A stretch of 64,000 nucleotides of DNA from Myxococcales bacterium (lineage in GTDB: Bacteria; Myxococcota_A; Polyangia; Polyangiales; Polyangiaceae). Positions within the stretch are counted from its first letter, which is position 1. Each line of letters opens with the position of its first letter. Both the position numbers and the translations under genes were made by a program. The DNA lies in assembly GCA_043747615.1 (NCBI GenBank), contig JAYTOU010000003.1, forward strand, positions 1 to 64,000. Reading direction: 5' to 3'. Below, in pieces: positions 52,846 to 60,353 of this stretch. A model generated the notes under the pieces. That model did no database searches, was not told the origin of the DNA, and was given only the letters and a program-made list of their open reading frames with translations.

Positions 52846-53694
52846 CTACGGCGGCAGTCGGAGCGGCAGAACGTTGCGAGGATCGCAGACCACGCTGACG
52901 TCGCTCTCGAGGAGCTGGGCTGCGTTTTTTTTCATGACGTCCACGCCTTCGCGCACCCGGCGTGCTTCGAGATGGAGGTGCACGAGCTCCGGTGAGCCCG
53001 TGTCCCCCACGGTGCCAAGCACCTCGCCGTCCCTCAGATGCGCGCCGCGTGTGAGGCCAGGCGCGAAGCCCTCCAGATGTCCATAGAGGAGGAGGTAGTC
53101 CCGGAGCTGCCCTCCTTCGCGAAGGGTGTGGCGCGTGAGCACGGTGAGCCCGAAGAGTGGTCCCGCGTAGACGACGTCCGCGTCTCCTTGCTGATGCTCG
53201 AGGGCCACGACCGTGATGGCAGTGCCTTTCTTCTGCGGCAAATCGAGCCCGCCGTGACCAACCGCGTGGATCTTTCGGCCCCGCCTCTGCGCCGGATCTG
53301 GCAGATCGAGATCGTAACCACTGAGCACCGAGTGGCCTCCCGCGAGGCCGGGCGGAATCGGATAACGGTACGCGTCGTAGTCCTTCGGACGATCGGGCCT
53401 GCGCGGGATCTGATCGTAGATCGACCAGCGACCCGAGCGCTCGCGATGCGCGTTCGGGCTCACGGTCACGTCGCTGCCTTCGTCTTCGCCGTCCGTGTCC
53501 GGCAGATGCACGCAGACCTCGCCGTCGGGGAGCATGCCTTCCGCGCATCGCGCCTCCGAAATCGCCGGGAGGCCCGAGGGTGCGGCATCTGCCAAGCCGA
53601 CGTGAAGCGGCCTCGACGGCGACGCACCCGCGCCCAGCGTCGCCACCACCGACGCAAAAAGCGAACCTGCCGCGAGTCTCTGCACGTGCCCCAA
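52846..53694 (-). CDS. M23 family metallopeptidase
   Basis: HGGLD, YGHL, GDTG..HLHLE. Confidence 0.85.
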   Translation of the reverse strand: MGHVQRLAAGSLFASVVATLGAGASPSRPLHVGLADAAPSGLPAISEARCAEGMLPDGEVCVHLPDTDGEDEGSDVTVSPNAHRERSGRWSIYDQIPRRPDRPKDYDAYRYPIPPGLAGGHSVLSGYDLDLPDPAQRRGRKIHAVGHGGLDLPQKKGTAITVVALEHQQGDADVVYAGPLFGLTVLTRHTLREGGQLRDYLLLYGHLEGFAPGLTRGAHLRDGEVLGTVGDTGSPELVHLHLEARRVREGVDVMKKNAAQLLESDVSVVCDPRNVLPLRLPP

Positions 53695-53732
53695 GGTATT
53701 CCCGGGGCACGCACGTGTGTTAGTGATGCTTT

Positions 53733-54416
53733 GTGGAAGCTACGAAAACAGAGCCCGGGCGTCTTCTCTCCAAGCTTTTCGACGCGGAACGATCCGTTCG
53801 AAAATTTCACGCAGAGATCGCCGCCGTCGATCAGCCGAAGCTCATCGAAGCGGCGAGCGCGGCAGTCGACGAGGCGATGGCCCTAGTCGATCACGATGAG
53901 ATGGCCCTTCGTCTCGTGCGTTTGTCGGACGTGCTCGCCGATCTGCATGGCCCGAAGGTGGTCGACCTTCTCATTCGCATTCTCGGCTGCGAAGAGCCCG
54001 AGGCGCGGCACTCCGCCGGTGAAGCGCTTGAGGGCCTGGCCTTCGATCGTTTCAAAGAAGTCGCGCTCGGAATCGAACGCGCGATCGAAACACTTCCTTC
54101 CGGGAGCCCATCGTTGTCCGAGCTTCCCTACCTCCTCGCGGAAGTCCCGGAACCAGGCGTGCTTCGCTTGCTCGGTCTGTTCTTGAAGCACAAAGATCCC
54201 GAGGCAGTGGCCGCCGCGGTCGAGTCACTCGTCGAGTACGGCGAGCCCGCAGGCGCGGGTCTTCTCACTGCGCTCCTCAGCGACAAGCGCGAAGTGCAGC
54301 TCGAAGACGACCTCGGTGACGAGGGGAAAATCAGCATCGGCGAGCTCGCCACGGAAGCGCGCGATTTCCTCGTCGAGCTCGAGCGCGGGGGAAAGAAGAC
54401 GGTCGAGCGCTCGTGA
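53733..54416 (+). CDS. HEAT-repeat protein
   Basis: LLIRILGCEEPEARHSAGEAL, FLKHKDPEAVAAAVESL. Confidence 0.75.
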   Translation: MEATKTEPGRLLSKLFDAERSVRKFHAEIAAVDQPKLIEAASAAVDEAMALVDHDEMALRLVRLSDVLADLHGPKVVDLLIRILGCEEPEARHSAGEALEGLAFDRFKEVALGIERAIETLPSGSPSLSELPYLLAEVPEPGVLRLLGLFLKHKDPEAVAAAVESLVEYGEPAGAGLLTALLSDKREVQLEDDLGDEGKISIGELATEARDFLVELERGGKKTVERS

Positions 54417-54442
54417 GCTGGTGAGCTGTCAGGCCTCTGGCC

Positions 54443-55339
54443 TCAGGGCTTGCACGTCCCGTTGTCGCGGTCGCAGTTCGGGGCCGTTCTCGGGCAATCG
54501 CGATCGTTGATGCACTGCGCGCAGAACCCCTTGTCCGGGTCGCACACGGGAGAACCCGCAGGACAGTCGGTGTTCACGGCGCACTGGACGCACTTGCTGT
54601 CTTTGCCGCACACCTTCGTAGACGTGCCCGCGCAGTCCGCGTTTCCGAGGCACTGCACGCAGCTCGAGGTCATCGTGTTGCACTTCGGTGCGGAAGCGGC
54701 GCACTGGGCGTCCGTCGTGCATCCCGTGCGGCACTGGAATTCGCGCGGATCGCAGAACGGGGCGGATGCGCCGCAGTCCGCGTTCGAGAGGCATGCCACG
54801 CATTTGTGATCGCCGATGAAGCACCGCGGCTGCCCTCCCCCGCAGTCCGCGTTCGAGGCGCATTCGACGCACTGCTGCGACGTCGGATCACAGATCTTCG
54901 CCGACGACGGGCAGTCCGCAGCGACGTTGCAACCAACGCAGACGCCCGTAGTGGAGTTGCAGATCGCCGCCCCGCGCGGACACGTTGCGTTGCTCGCGCA
55001 TGACGTGTGGCACGTATGATCTTGGGGGAAGCATGACTGGCCGGCTGCGCAGTCTCCGTTCGTTTGGCATGCGGCGCACTGGCCCTGGACGCAGAATTTG
55101 GTCGATGCGGGGCAGGTGGCGCCGCTCGTGCACTCGACGCACCCGAGTGCCGGGTCGCACTGCTTCGCCGCGCCGCACGTATTCGTCCCGTTTGGTCCGC
55201 AAAGCGCGCTTCCGCCGCCCGGCCCTCCGTTCGGCCCCCCGCCGATCGTCGCGCCGGTACTTCCGCCGCAGGCGATCACGGTGGCGATGCCGACCGCTGC
55301 AAACCCGACCCAACTCCACGCCGTACTCGATGAACGCAT
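54443..55339 (-). CDS. Cys-rich repeat lipoprotein
   Basis: Lipobox VIA-C, AAGGAGG RBS; many repeats of CVxCxxxxDC.....xCD. Confidence 0.8.
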   Translation of the reverse strand: MRSSSTAWSWVGFAAVGIATVIACGGSTGATIGGGPNGGPGGGSALCGPNGTNTCGAAKQCDPALGCVECTSGATCPASTKFCVQGQCAACQTNGDCAAGQSCFPQDHTCHTSCASNATCPRGAAICNSTTGVCVGCNVAADCPSSAKICDPTSQQCVECASNADCGGGQPRCFIGDHKCVACLSNADCGASAPFCDPREFQCRTGCTTDAQCAASAPKCNTMTSSCVQCLGNADCAGTSTKVCGKDSKCVQCAVNTDCPAGSPVCDPDKGFCAQCINDRDCPRTAPNCDRDNGTCKP

Positions 55340-55389
55340 GAAACCTCCTTGCCAAGAAAAGAAAAAAAACGCGGCCGAAGCCTAAGAAG

Positions 55390-56055
55390 TTAGTGAGCGA
55401 TCCCGCCGCAAGTCCCGAAGCTGTTGGCGAGCCCCCAGTCACCGATGTTGTTGTTCGAGCACGTGCCGGCGTCTGCGCCGCAGCCCGTCGGCGTAGCGGC
55501 AGGATCGCAGAGCTGCGCCTCCTTGCCTCCTGCGGGATTGCACGCTGCGTGGCAGGCGGATGACAGAACGTTGTTCATGTCGACGACGCAACAGACTGTG
55601 CCCATCGGGCAATTAGCCGCGCCGCTACAGGTCAGCTCCGTCGGCTTGTTCGCGCCACCCCCGCCGCCCGCTGCTGGACAGCTGGCGCCCGTCGCGCACA
55701 GATACGAGAAATCGGGCGGAGGATTTTGAACGGGATAAGCGCAGCACCTATCCGATGGGATCGCGCAGGTCGCCGTCCCGCAAGGGAGCGAGGTCAGGTT
55801 GCCACCCGGTCCGGCATCGGCGGGTGTGCCCCCGTCTTGGGTCGCGGATCCGTCCGCGGAGGAGTCCCCGGAGCCGACCGCGCCGTCGTTTGTGGCGGCT
55901 CCCTCTGCTGCGCCGTCGCCCGCTGCGCCGTCGCCCGCGCCGCCATCGGCGACACCCAAGTCCACCGCGCTTGACCCTCCACACGCCATCCAGAGGGAGG
56001 CAGGGCCGATCGAGATCACGGTCAACCACACAAGCTTATTGAGACGTACATTCAT
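55390..56055 (-). CDS. Cys-rich lipoprotein with DG/DAG linker
   Basis: AGGAG RBS before ATG 56055 (MNVRLNK), lipobox WMA-C, LPCGTATC...CC...CSGAANC...VCC...LCDP. Confidence 0.78.
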   Translation of the reverse strand: MNVRLNKLVWLTVISIGPASLWMACGGSSAVDLGVADGGAGDGAAGDGAAEGAATNDGAVGSGDSSADGSATQDGGTPADAGPGGNLTSLPCGTATCAIPSDRCCAYPVQNPPPDFSYLCATGASCPAAGGGGGANKPTELTCSGAANCPMGTVCCVVDMNNVLSSACHAACNPAGGKEAQLCDPAATPTGCGADAGTCSNNNIGDWGLANSFGTCGGIAH

Positions 56056-56094
56056 GGTGACTCCTAAGGGGGCGCAGACTCGTTGCTGGTGATC

Positions 56095-56125
56095 GTTAGT
56101 GGCGCAGGCCCCCGTCGAAGATACA
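56095..56125 (-). promoter_or_regulatory. Putative ECF-type promoter for the Cys-rich lipoprotein genes
   Basis: TGTATCT-N16-CCACTAAC on the minus strand. Confidence 0.55.
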
Positions 56126-56139
56126 AAAAAGAAATGCGC

Positions 56140-56170
56140 TGCAACCTTGGTGAGGCGCGGGCCCACTAAC
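56140..56170 (+). promoter_or_regulatory. Putative ECF-type (autoregulatory) promoter of the sigma factor gene
   Basis: TGCAACC-N16-CCACTAAC on the plus strand, ending 5 nt before GTG 56176. Confidence 0.55.
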
Positions 56171-56175
56171 CTAAG

Positions 56176-56787
56176 GTGGGAAACGTGATTGCTCTGCGAC
56201 CGCTCGAGGACCCTGCCCTCGCCGCGCGCTGCGTCGCGGGTGAGCGAAGCGCACAGCGCGAGCTCTTCGATCGCCACCGCCGCCACATACACGCCACGCT
56301 CTATCGCATCCTGGGCTCGAACGGCGACATGCAGGATCTCGTGCAGGAGGCGTTCTTGGAGATTTTTCGATCGCTCCACGGGTTTCGCGGCGACGCATCG
56401 CTCTCGACGTGGCTCGATCGGATCGCGACGCGCGTCGCGTATGCCTACATCCGGCGACGCCCGCCCCAGGCTGCGCGTCTGGAGCTCGTGCCCGAGACCG
56501 CGTCCGGGGATCCTTCGGCCGAGGACCGAGCGATGGCGCGGGACGCAGCGCGGCGGCTCTACGCAGTCTTGGATCGGATCGAAGCGAGGCAGCGAATCGC
56601 CTTCACCCTTCACGTCATCGACGGACGTCTACTTCAAGAGGTCGCGCAGGTCATGGAATCTTCGCTTGTCCTTACGAAGACGCGCGTTTGGCGGGCGACG
56701 CGCGAAGTCGAAAAGCGCGCGCGGAGAGATCCGATGCTCGCGGGATTTCTCCACACCGAGACCGACGTGAAGAAGAAGAAGGGATAG
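56176..56787 (+). CDS. ECF sigma-70 family RNA polymerase sigma factor
   Basis: DLVQEAFLEIFRSL..FRGDASLSTWL.RIA (region 2); region 4 QRIAFTLH...EVAQV...KTRVWRA. Confidence 0.92.
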   Translation: MGNVIALRPLEDPALAARCVAGERSAQRELFDRHRRHIHATLYRILGSNGDMQDLVQEAFLEIFRSLHGFRGDASLSTWLDRIATRVAYAYIRRRPPQAARLELVPETASGDPSAEDRAMARDAARRLYAVLDRIEARQRIAFTLHVIDGRLLQEVAQVMESSLVLTKTRVWRATREVEKRARRDPMLAGFLHTETDVKKKKG

Positions 56788-56793
56788 CCGAAG

Positions 56794-57744
56794 ATGTCTC
56801 TCCGAAAAAAACCCGAGATCGAGCCCCTCGACGCGGCCACGTGGGCGCGAATCGAGGGCGACCTGTTCGACGAGCTCGAGCAGCGGAAGACGGAGGGCGG
56901 TGCGCTAAATGAACCGCGGTCATCGCGGTGGCGTCGGGCGGTCGCGTTCGCGGTGGCCGTGGCGGCGGCCGTGGCGATCGGCTTTGCCGCGCAAGGTCGA
57001 TCGCAGCCTCGAGCTCCGATCTCGAGCGCCGTCACGCTCGGGATCCCGTCACGGATCGTCACCTACGGCGACGGATCGCACTTCGAGGTGAGCGGCGCGG
57101 CGCTCGACGTGAGTCCCGAGGCGACCCTGCTCGTCAGCGGAGACGACGAGCACGGCCTCTTGGTGGTTCTCGATCGCGGGAGCGTTACGTGCGAGGTGGC
57201 GCCGCGCGCCGGTCGGCCGCCTTTCGTCGTCCAGGCCGGAGACGTCAACGTGAGGGTCATCGGCACTCATTTCACGGTTCGACGCACTGGCGATTCCGGC
57301 GGAGTTCAGGTGGATCGCGGAGTCGTCGAAGTCAGGGCACGCGGCGAGGTCACGCTCGTTCGCGCCGGGGCGAGCTGGCCACCGCCGCCGAGCCCGGTCC
57401 TCACCGAGTCAAACCCTGTGGGACGCGCCGCGAACGACGTTCCCGACCGCGACCCAGCGCCTGGCCCGCGATCGTCCGTCACCTCAAAGCCGCCGTCGCT
57501 TCAAGAGCTCTACGAAACGGCGACGGCTTTCGAAGGGCGTCGCCCGGATCGGTCCATCGCGATCTACAAAGAGATTGCGAAGGGCAACGGACCTTGGGCC
57601 GCGAACGCGCTCTTTGCCCAAGGCCGTCTCGAGGCCGATCGAGGGCATCGCGCTGAGGCACGCATCCTCCTATCGGAATACTTGAAACGTTTTTCGCGGG
57701 GAGCAAACGCCGAAGACGCGCGCCAACTTCTCGAGCGACTTTGA
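56794..57744 (+). CDS. FecR-domain anti-sigma factor with C-terminal TPR
   Basis: N-terminal cytoplasmic part, TM, LDRGSVTCEVAP...FVVQAGDVNVRVIGTHFTV...VDRGVVEV; C-terminal YLKRFSRG. Confidence 0.85.
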   Translation: MSLRKKPEIEPLDAATWARIEGDLFDELEQRKTEGGALNEPRSSRWRRAVAFAVAVAAAVAIGFAAQGRSQPRAPISSAVTLGIPSRIVTYGDGSHFEVSGAALDVSPEATLLVSGDDEHGLLVVLDRGSVTCEVAPRAGRPPFVVQAGDVNVRVIGTHFTVRRTGDSGGVQVDRGVVEVRARGEVTLVRAGASWPPPPSPVLTESNPVGRAANDVPDRDPAPGPRSSVTSKPPSLQELYETATAFEGRRPDRSIAIYKEIAKGNGPWAANALFAQGRLEADRGHRAEARILLSEYLKRFSRGANAEDARQLLERL

Positions 57745-57780
57745 GGTTTCGAGTAACGCGTTCATCATGCGCCCGAGATC

Positions 57781-58866
57781 ATGACGTGGAGGTGGACGCG
57801 CATCCGGCGGGCTTGTTTCGTCGTGCTCGTGGCCGTCACGACGACGCCGACCATCGCGCGCGCCGAGGGCCGTCGCGTGGTCGTGACGAACGGAGATCCG
57901 CTTCTCGTCAAAGCGATTTCGCGTTCCCTCTCCCCGTGGGGGCTGGAGATCGTTGTGGTCACCGGGCCGGCATTCGAGCAGGACATTCGTGGTGCCGTGT
58001 CCCGCGCGCGCGAGACGGCGGCGGACGCGCATGCTGTGGCTGTCGTGTGGACGGCGCCGACCGTGAACGAGGGGGCGGCCGAATCGCTCTGGGTTTACGA
58101 CGCCGCGACCGAGCAGGTCGTCGTGCGCCCGCTCAGCGCGTCGCCTCCGTTCGACATGCCGATGGCGGCGTCGATCGCTCTTTCGGTGAAGACCGTACTC
58201 CGGTCGACGACGGTCGCGCCGCCGGGGGAGCAAACCGCGTCGCCGCCCGCCGTCGCCCCCGTTGCCTCGCCAGCCCCCGTTCTGCCCCCCGCGTTCGTTG
58301 CGTCCGCGGCAGGTGGCGTGCTCGCACGTCCGGCCGATCAGCGCTGGCGCATTCGCCTCGAAGCGGCTTTCGGCCTCCGCGTCCTCGCGAGCGATCCTGC
58401 TCGCATCGAGCCACGCGCGGGGCTCGCCGTCAGCGTCTGGCCCGCCGGGCAGCGAGCGAACGTCGGTGTCGCGCTCGGGGTCGTAAGCAGCACGGGCGTC
58501 CCGATCGATCGCGCGACCTTCACGGGAACGTTCATGGATACGGCGCTCGGACTGGCCGGAAGATATCGCATTCCCCTTCACGTGCTCTACGTCGAGCTTG
58601 CGGCCGGAGCGAGCGCCCACTTCACGAGCATTCGCGGCAACGACGCGATCTCGGGTGCTCGCGCGGGGACGAGCCGCGTCAACTCGTCGCTCGACACGAG
58701 CGCGGTCGTTGCCCTCCCGCTGAGCGCGCGGGTCGATCTCGCCCTCGTCTTTCAGCTCTCGTATCTCCTTCGATACCAAAGCTATTCACTGTCGGCGGCA
58801 CCGGTGTTCGCGCTGTCCCCGTTCGAGCCAAGCACGTCGCTTCGGTTCGCCGTGACCTTCGACTGA
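57781..58866 (+). CDS. Exported protein with C-terminal beta-strand (outer-membrane-like) domain; ECF/FecR partner
   Basis: Signal peptide ARA-E, Pro/Ala linker, alternating beta-strands ending FAVTFD. Confidence 0.6.
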   Translation: MTWRWTRIRRACFVVLVAVTTTPTIARAEGRRVVVTNGDPLLVKAISRSLSPWGLEIVVVTGPAFEQDIRGAVSRARETAADAHAVAVVWTAPTVNEGAAESLWVYDAATEQVVVRPLSASPPFDMPMAASIALSVKTVLRSTTVAPPGEQTASPPAVAPVASPAPVLPPAFVASAAGGVLARPADQRWRIRLEAAFGLRVLASDPARIEPRAGLAVSVWPAGQRANVGVALGVVSSTGVPIDRATFTGTFMDTALGLAGRYRIPLHVLYVELAAGASAHFTSIRGNDAISGARAGTSRVNSSLDTSAVVALPLSARVDLALVFQLSYLLRYQSYSLSAAPVFALSPFEPSTSLRFAVTFD

Positions 58867-59021
58867 GCTGACCCATGGACCATCTCTTCGCTTCCTTCGA
58901 AGAAGGGCGCCACTGCAACGGAGCGGGCGATTGCTGCAGCAGCCGTTGCGAGGGGAACCCATCGAAGTGCCGCGCGGCGTGCGCGTCGGTCAGCCACTGA
59001 CCCCCGCATCCCGAGCGAGGG

Positions 59022-60113
59022 CTACCGGCAGAAGCCGTCGACGCAAATCAAGGAGGGGTTCGCGCAGTTGTGGCCTTGCGTGGGATCGCACTCCGTCCCG
59101 AGATTCGAGCTGGATCCGCACACCTGGTATGAGCCGCTCGACGTCGTGACGGACTTGCAGACGTTGAACTTGTCGGCGTTCCTGCACGCGCTCGCACCGC
59201 CGTCTGCGCTGCAACCGATGTAGCAGCTGTGATGGAGGCAGAGGCTTCCCGGAGCGCAGTCGACGCCAGGGCCGTCGGCGTTGCAGATGAACTGCGGTTT
59301 CTGGTCGGGGATGCAGCCTCCATCGACGCAGATGAGGCCGGTCGAGCAGGTGTTGCCCGCGCCGCACGGAGTAACGCAGTGCTGATCGACGCAGGTAGTC
59401 GTGCTGCTGCAAGACGTGCCGCCCGCGCCGCACGGCATGGGATTGACGGAGCAGACGCCCTTGCTCGCATCGCAGGCGTAGCCCGTGGGGCAAGGGTTCG
59501 CGGCGCTGCACGACGGAGTGCAAACACCTTGCACGCACTGCTCGCTGTTCGGACATTGCGTTGCGTCCGAGCACTGATCGGCCGGGGCTACGCAGGCGCC
59601 GTTCAAGCATTTCGCGCCCGCGCCGAGGGAGGAGCACGCCGAGTCGCTCGTGCATCCGGTGAAGGCGCCGCCGTCCCTCGAGCCGCCGACGCACTGGAGC
59701 GTTCCTCCGGCAAGCTTGCACTGGTAGCCTGACGGGCAACCCGAGCTCGAGCAGTCGCCGGTGTGGCACTTGTCGTCCGTGCCGCAGTTCTGACCGCTCG
59801 CGCAATCGCCGGGCTGGGTGCAGGAGGCGGGGTTTGGGGGGGTGGGGCCGCCGGTCATGCAGATGTTGTTGTTGCACGACGCTCCACTCGGACAGTCGTA
59901 GGTGGAGGTGCAGCTCCAGGCCGAGCATTGGCTCGAATAGAAGCCGTTCGGGCAGTCGTAGCAGGTGGCGTCGTAGGACGACGAACCGGACGTTAGGTCG
60001 TAGCCGCGGGTGGCGCAGTCGCGCGAGCTCCGGCTATCCCCATAAATCGGACAGCCACCCAGAACTGCGACCGAGAACGCGAACAGCCCAAAACCAAGAA
60101 CTCGCTTCACCAT
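59022..60113 (-). CDS. Cys-rich repeat lipoprotein
   Basis: Lipobox LGG-C; repeated CTxxxDCxxGxxC units. Confidence 0.8.
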   Translation of the reverse strand: MVKRVLGFGLFAFSVAVLGGCPIYGDSRSSRDCATRGYDLTSGSSSYDATCYDCPNGFYSSQCSAWSCTSTYDCPSGASCNNNICMTGGPTPPNPASCTQPGDCASGQNCGTDDKCHTGDCSSSGCPSGYQCKLAGGTLQCVGGSRDGGAFTGCTSDSACSSLGAGAKCLNGACVAPADQCSDATQCPNSEQCVQGVCTPSCSAANPCPTGYACDASKGVCSVNPMPCGAGGTSCSSTTTCVDQHCVTPCGAGNTCSTGLICVDGGCIPDQKPQFICNADGPGVDCAPGSLCLHHSCYIGCSADGGASACRNADKFNVCKSVTTSSGSYQVCGSSSNLGTECDPTQGHNCANPSLICVDGFCR

Positions 60114-60127
60114 GACTTCATGACCTT

Positions 60128-60143
60128 AGCAACGCGTGTGCCC
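60128..60143 (-). promoter_or_regulatory. Sigma54-type -24/-12 promoter upstream of the Cys-rich lipoprotein
   Basis: Minus strand GGGCACACGCGTTGCT: GG-N10-GC with GGCAC and TTGCT. Confidence 0.6.
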
Positions 60144-60353
60144 CGGACAACCGCCAACGTCCAGCCGAGAATTCTCGATAACTACCGGGGGGTGTGGACC
60201 CGGGTTCACGCATCCTGTGGACGGTGCGTCATGGCGGCAGCGCGTCGCCGGGGCAGGACCGACCAGAGGCGCGGCAAGATCGGGACGGGCGTGGTTCTGG
60301 CGAGAAGTGCGAATCGAGACGTGGTAGCGTCGCACGCGGGATTATAGCGAGCG

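Noticed and set aside
54443..55339. TraA kin-recognition receptor
   Set aside because: The Cys repeats are similar in style, but there is no PA14-like variable domain, no MYXO-CTERM tail and no adjacent OmpA-type traB.
55390..56613. 407-aa ORF overlapping the ECF sigma gene
   Set aside because: The upstream part is antisense to the sigma factor; the RBS and signal peptide support ATG 56055.
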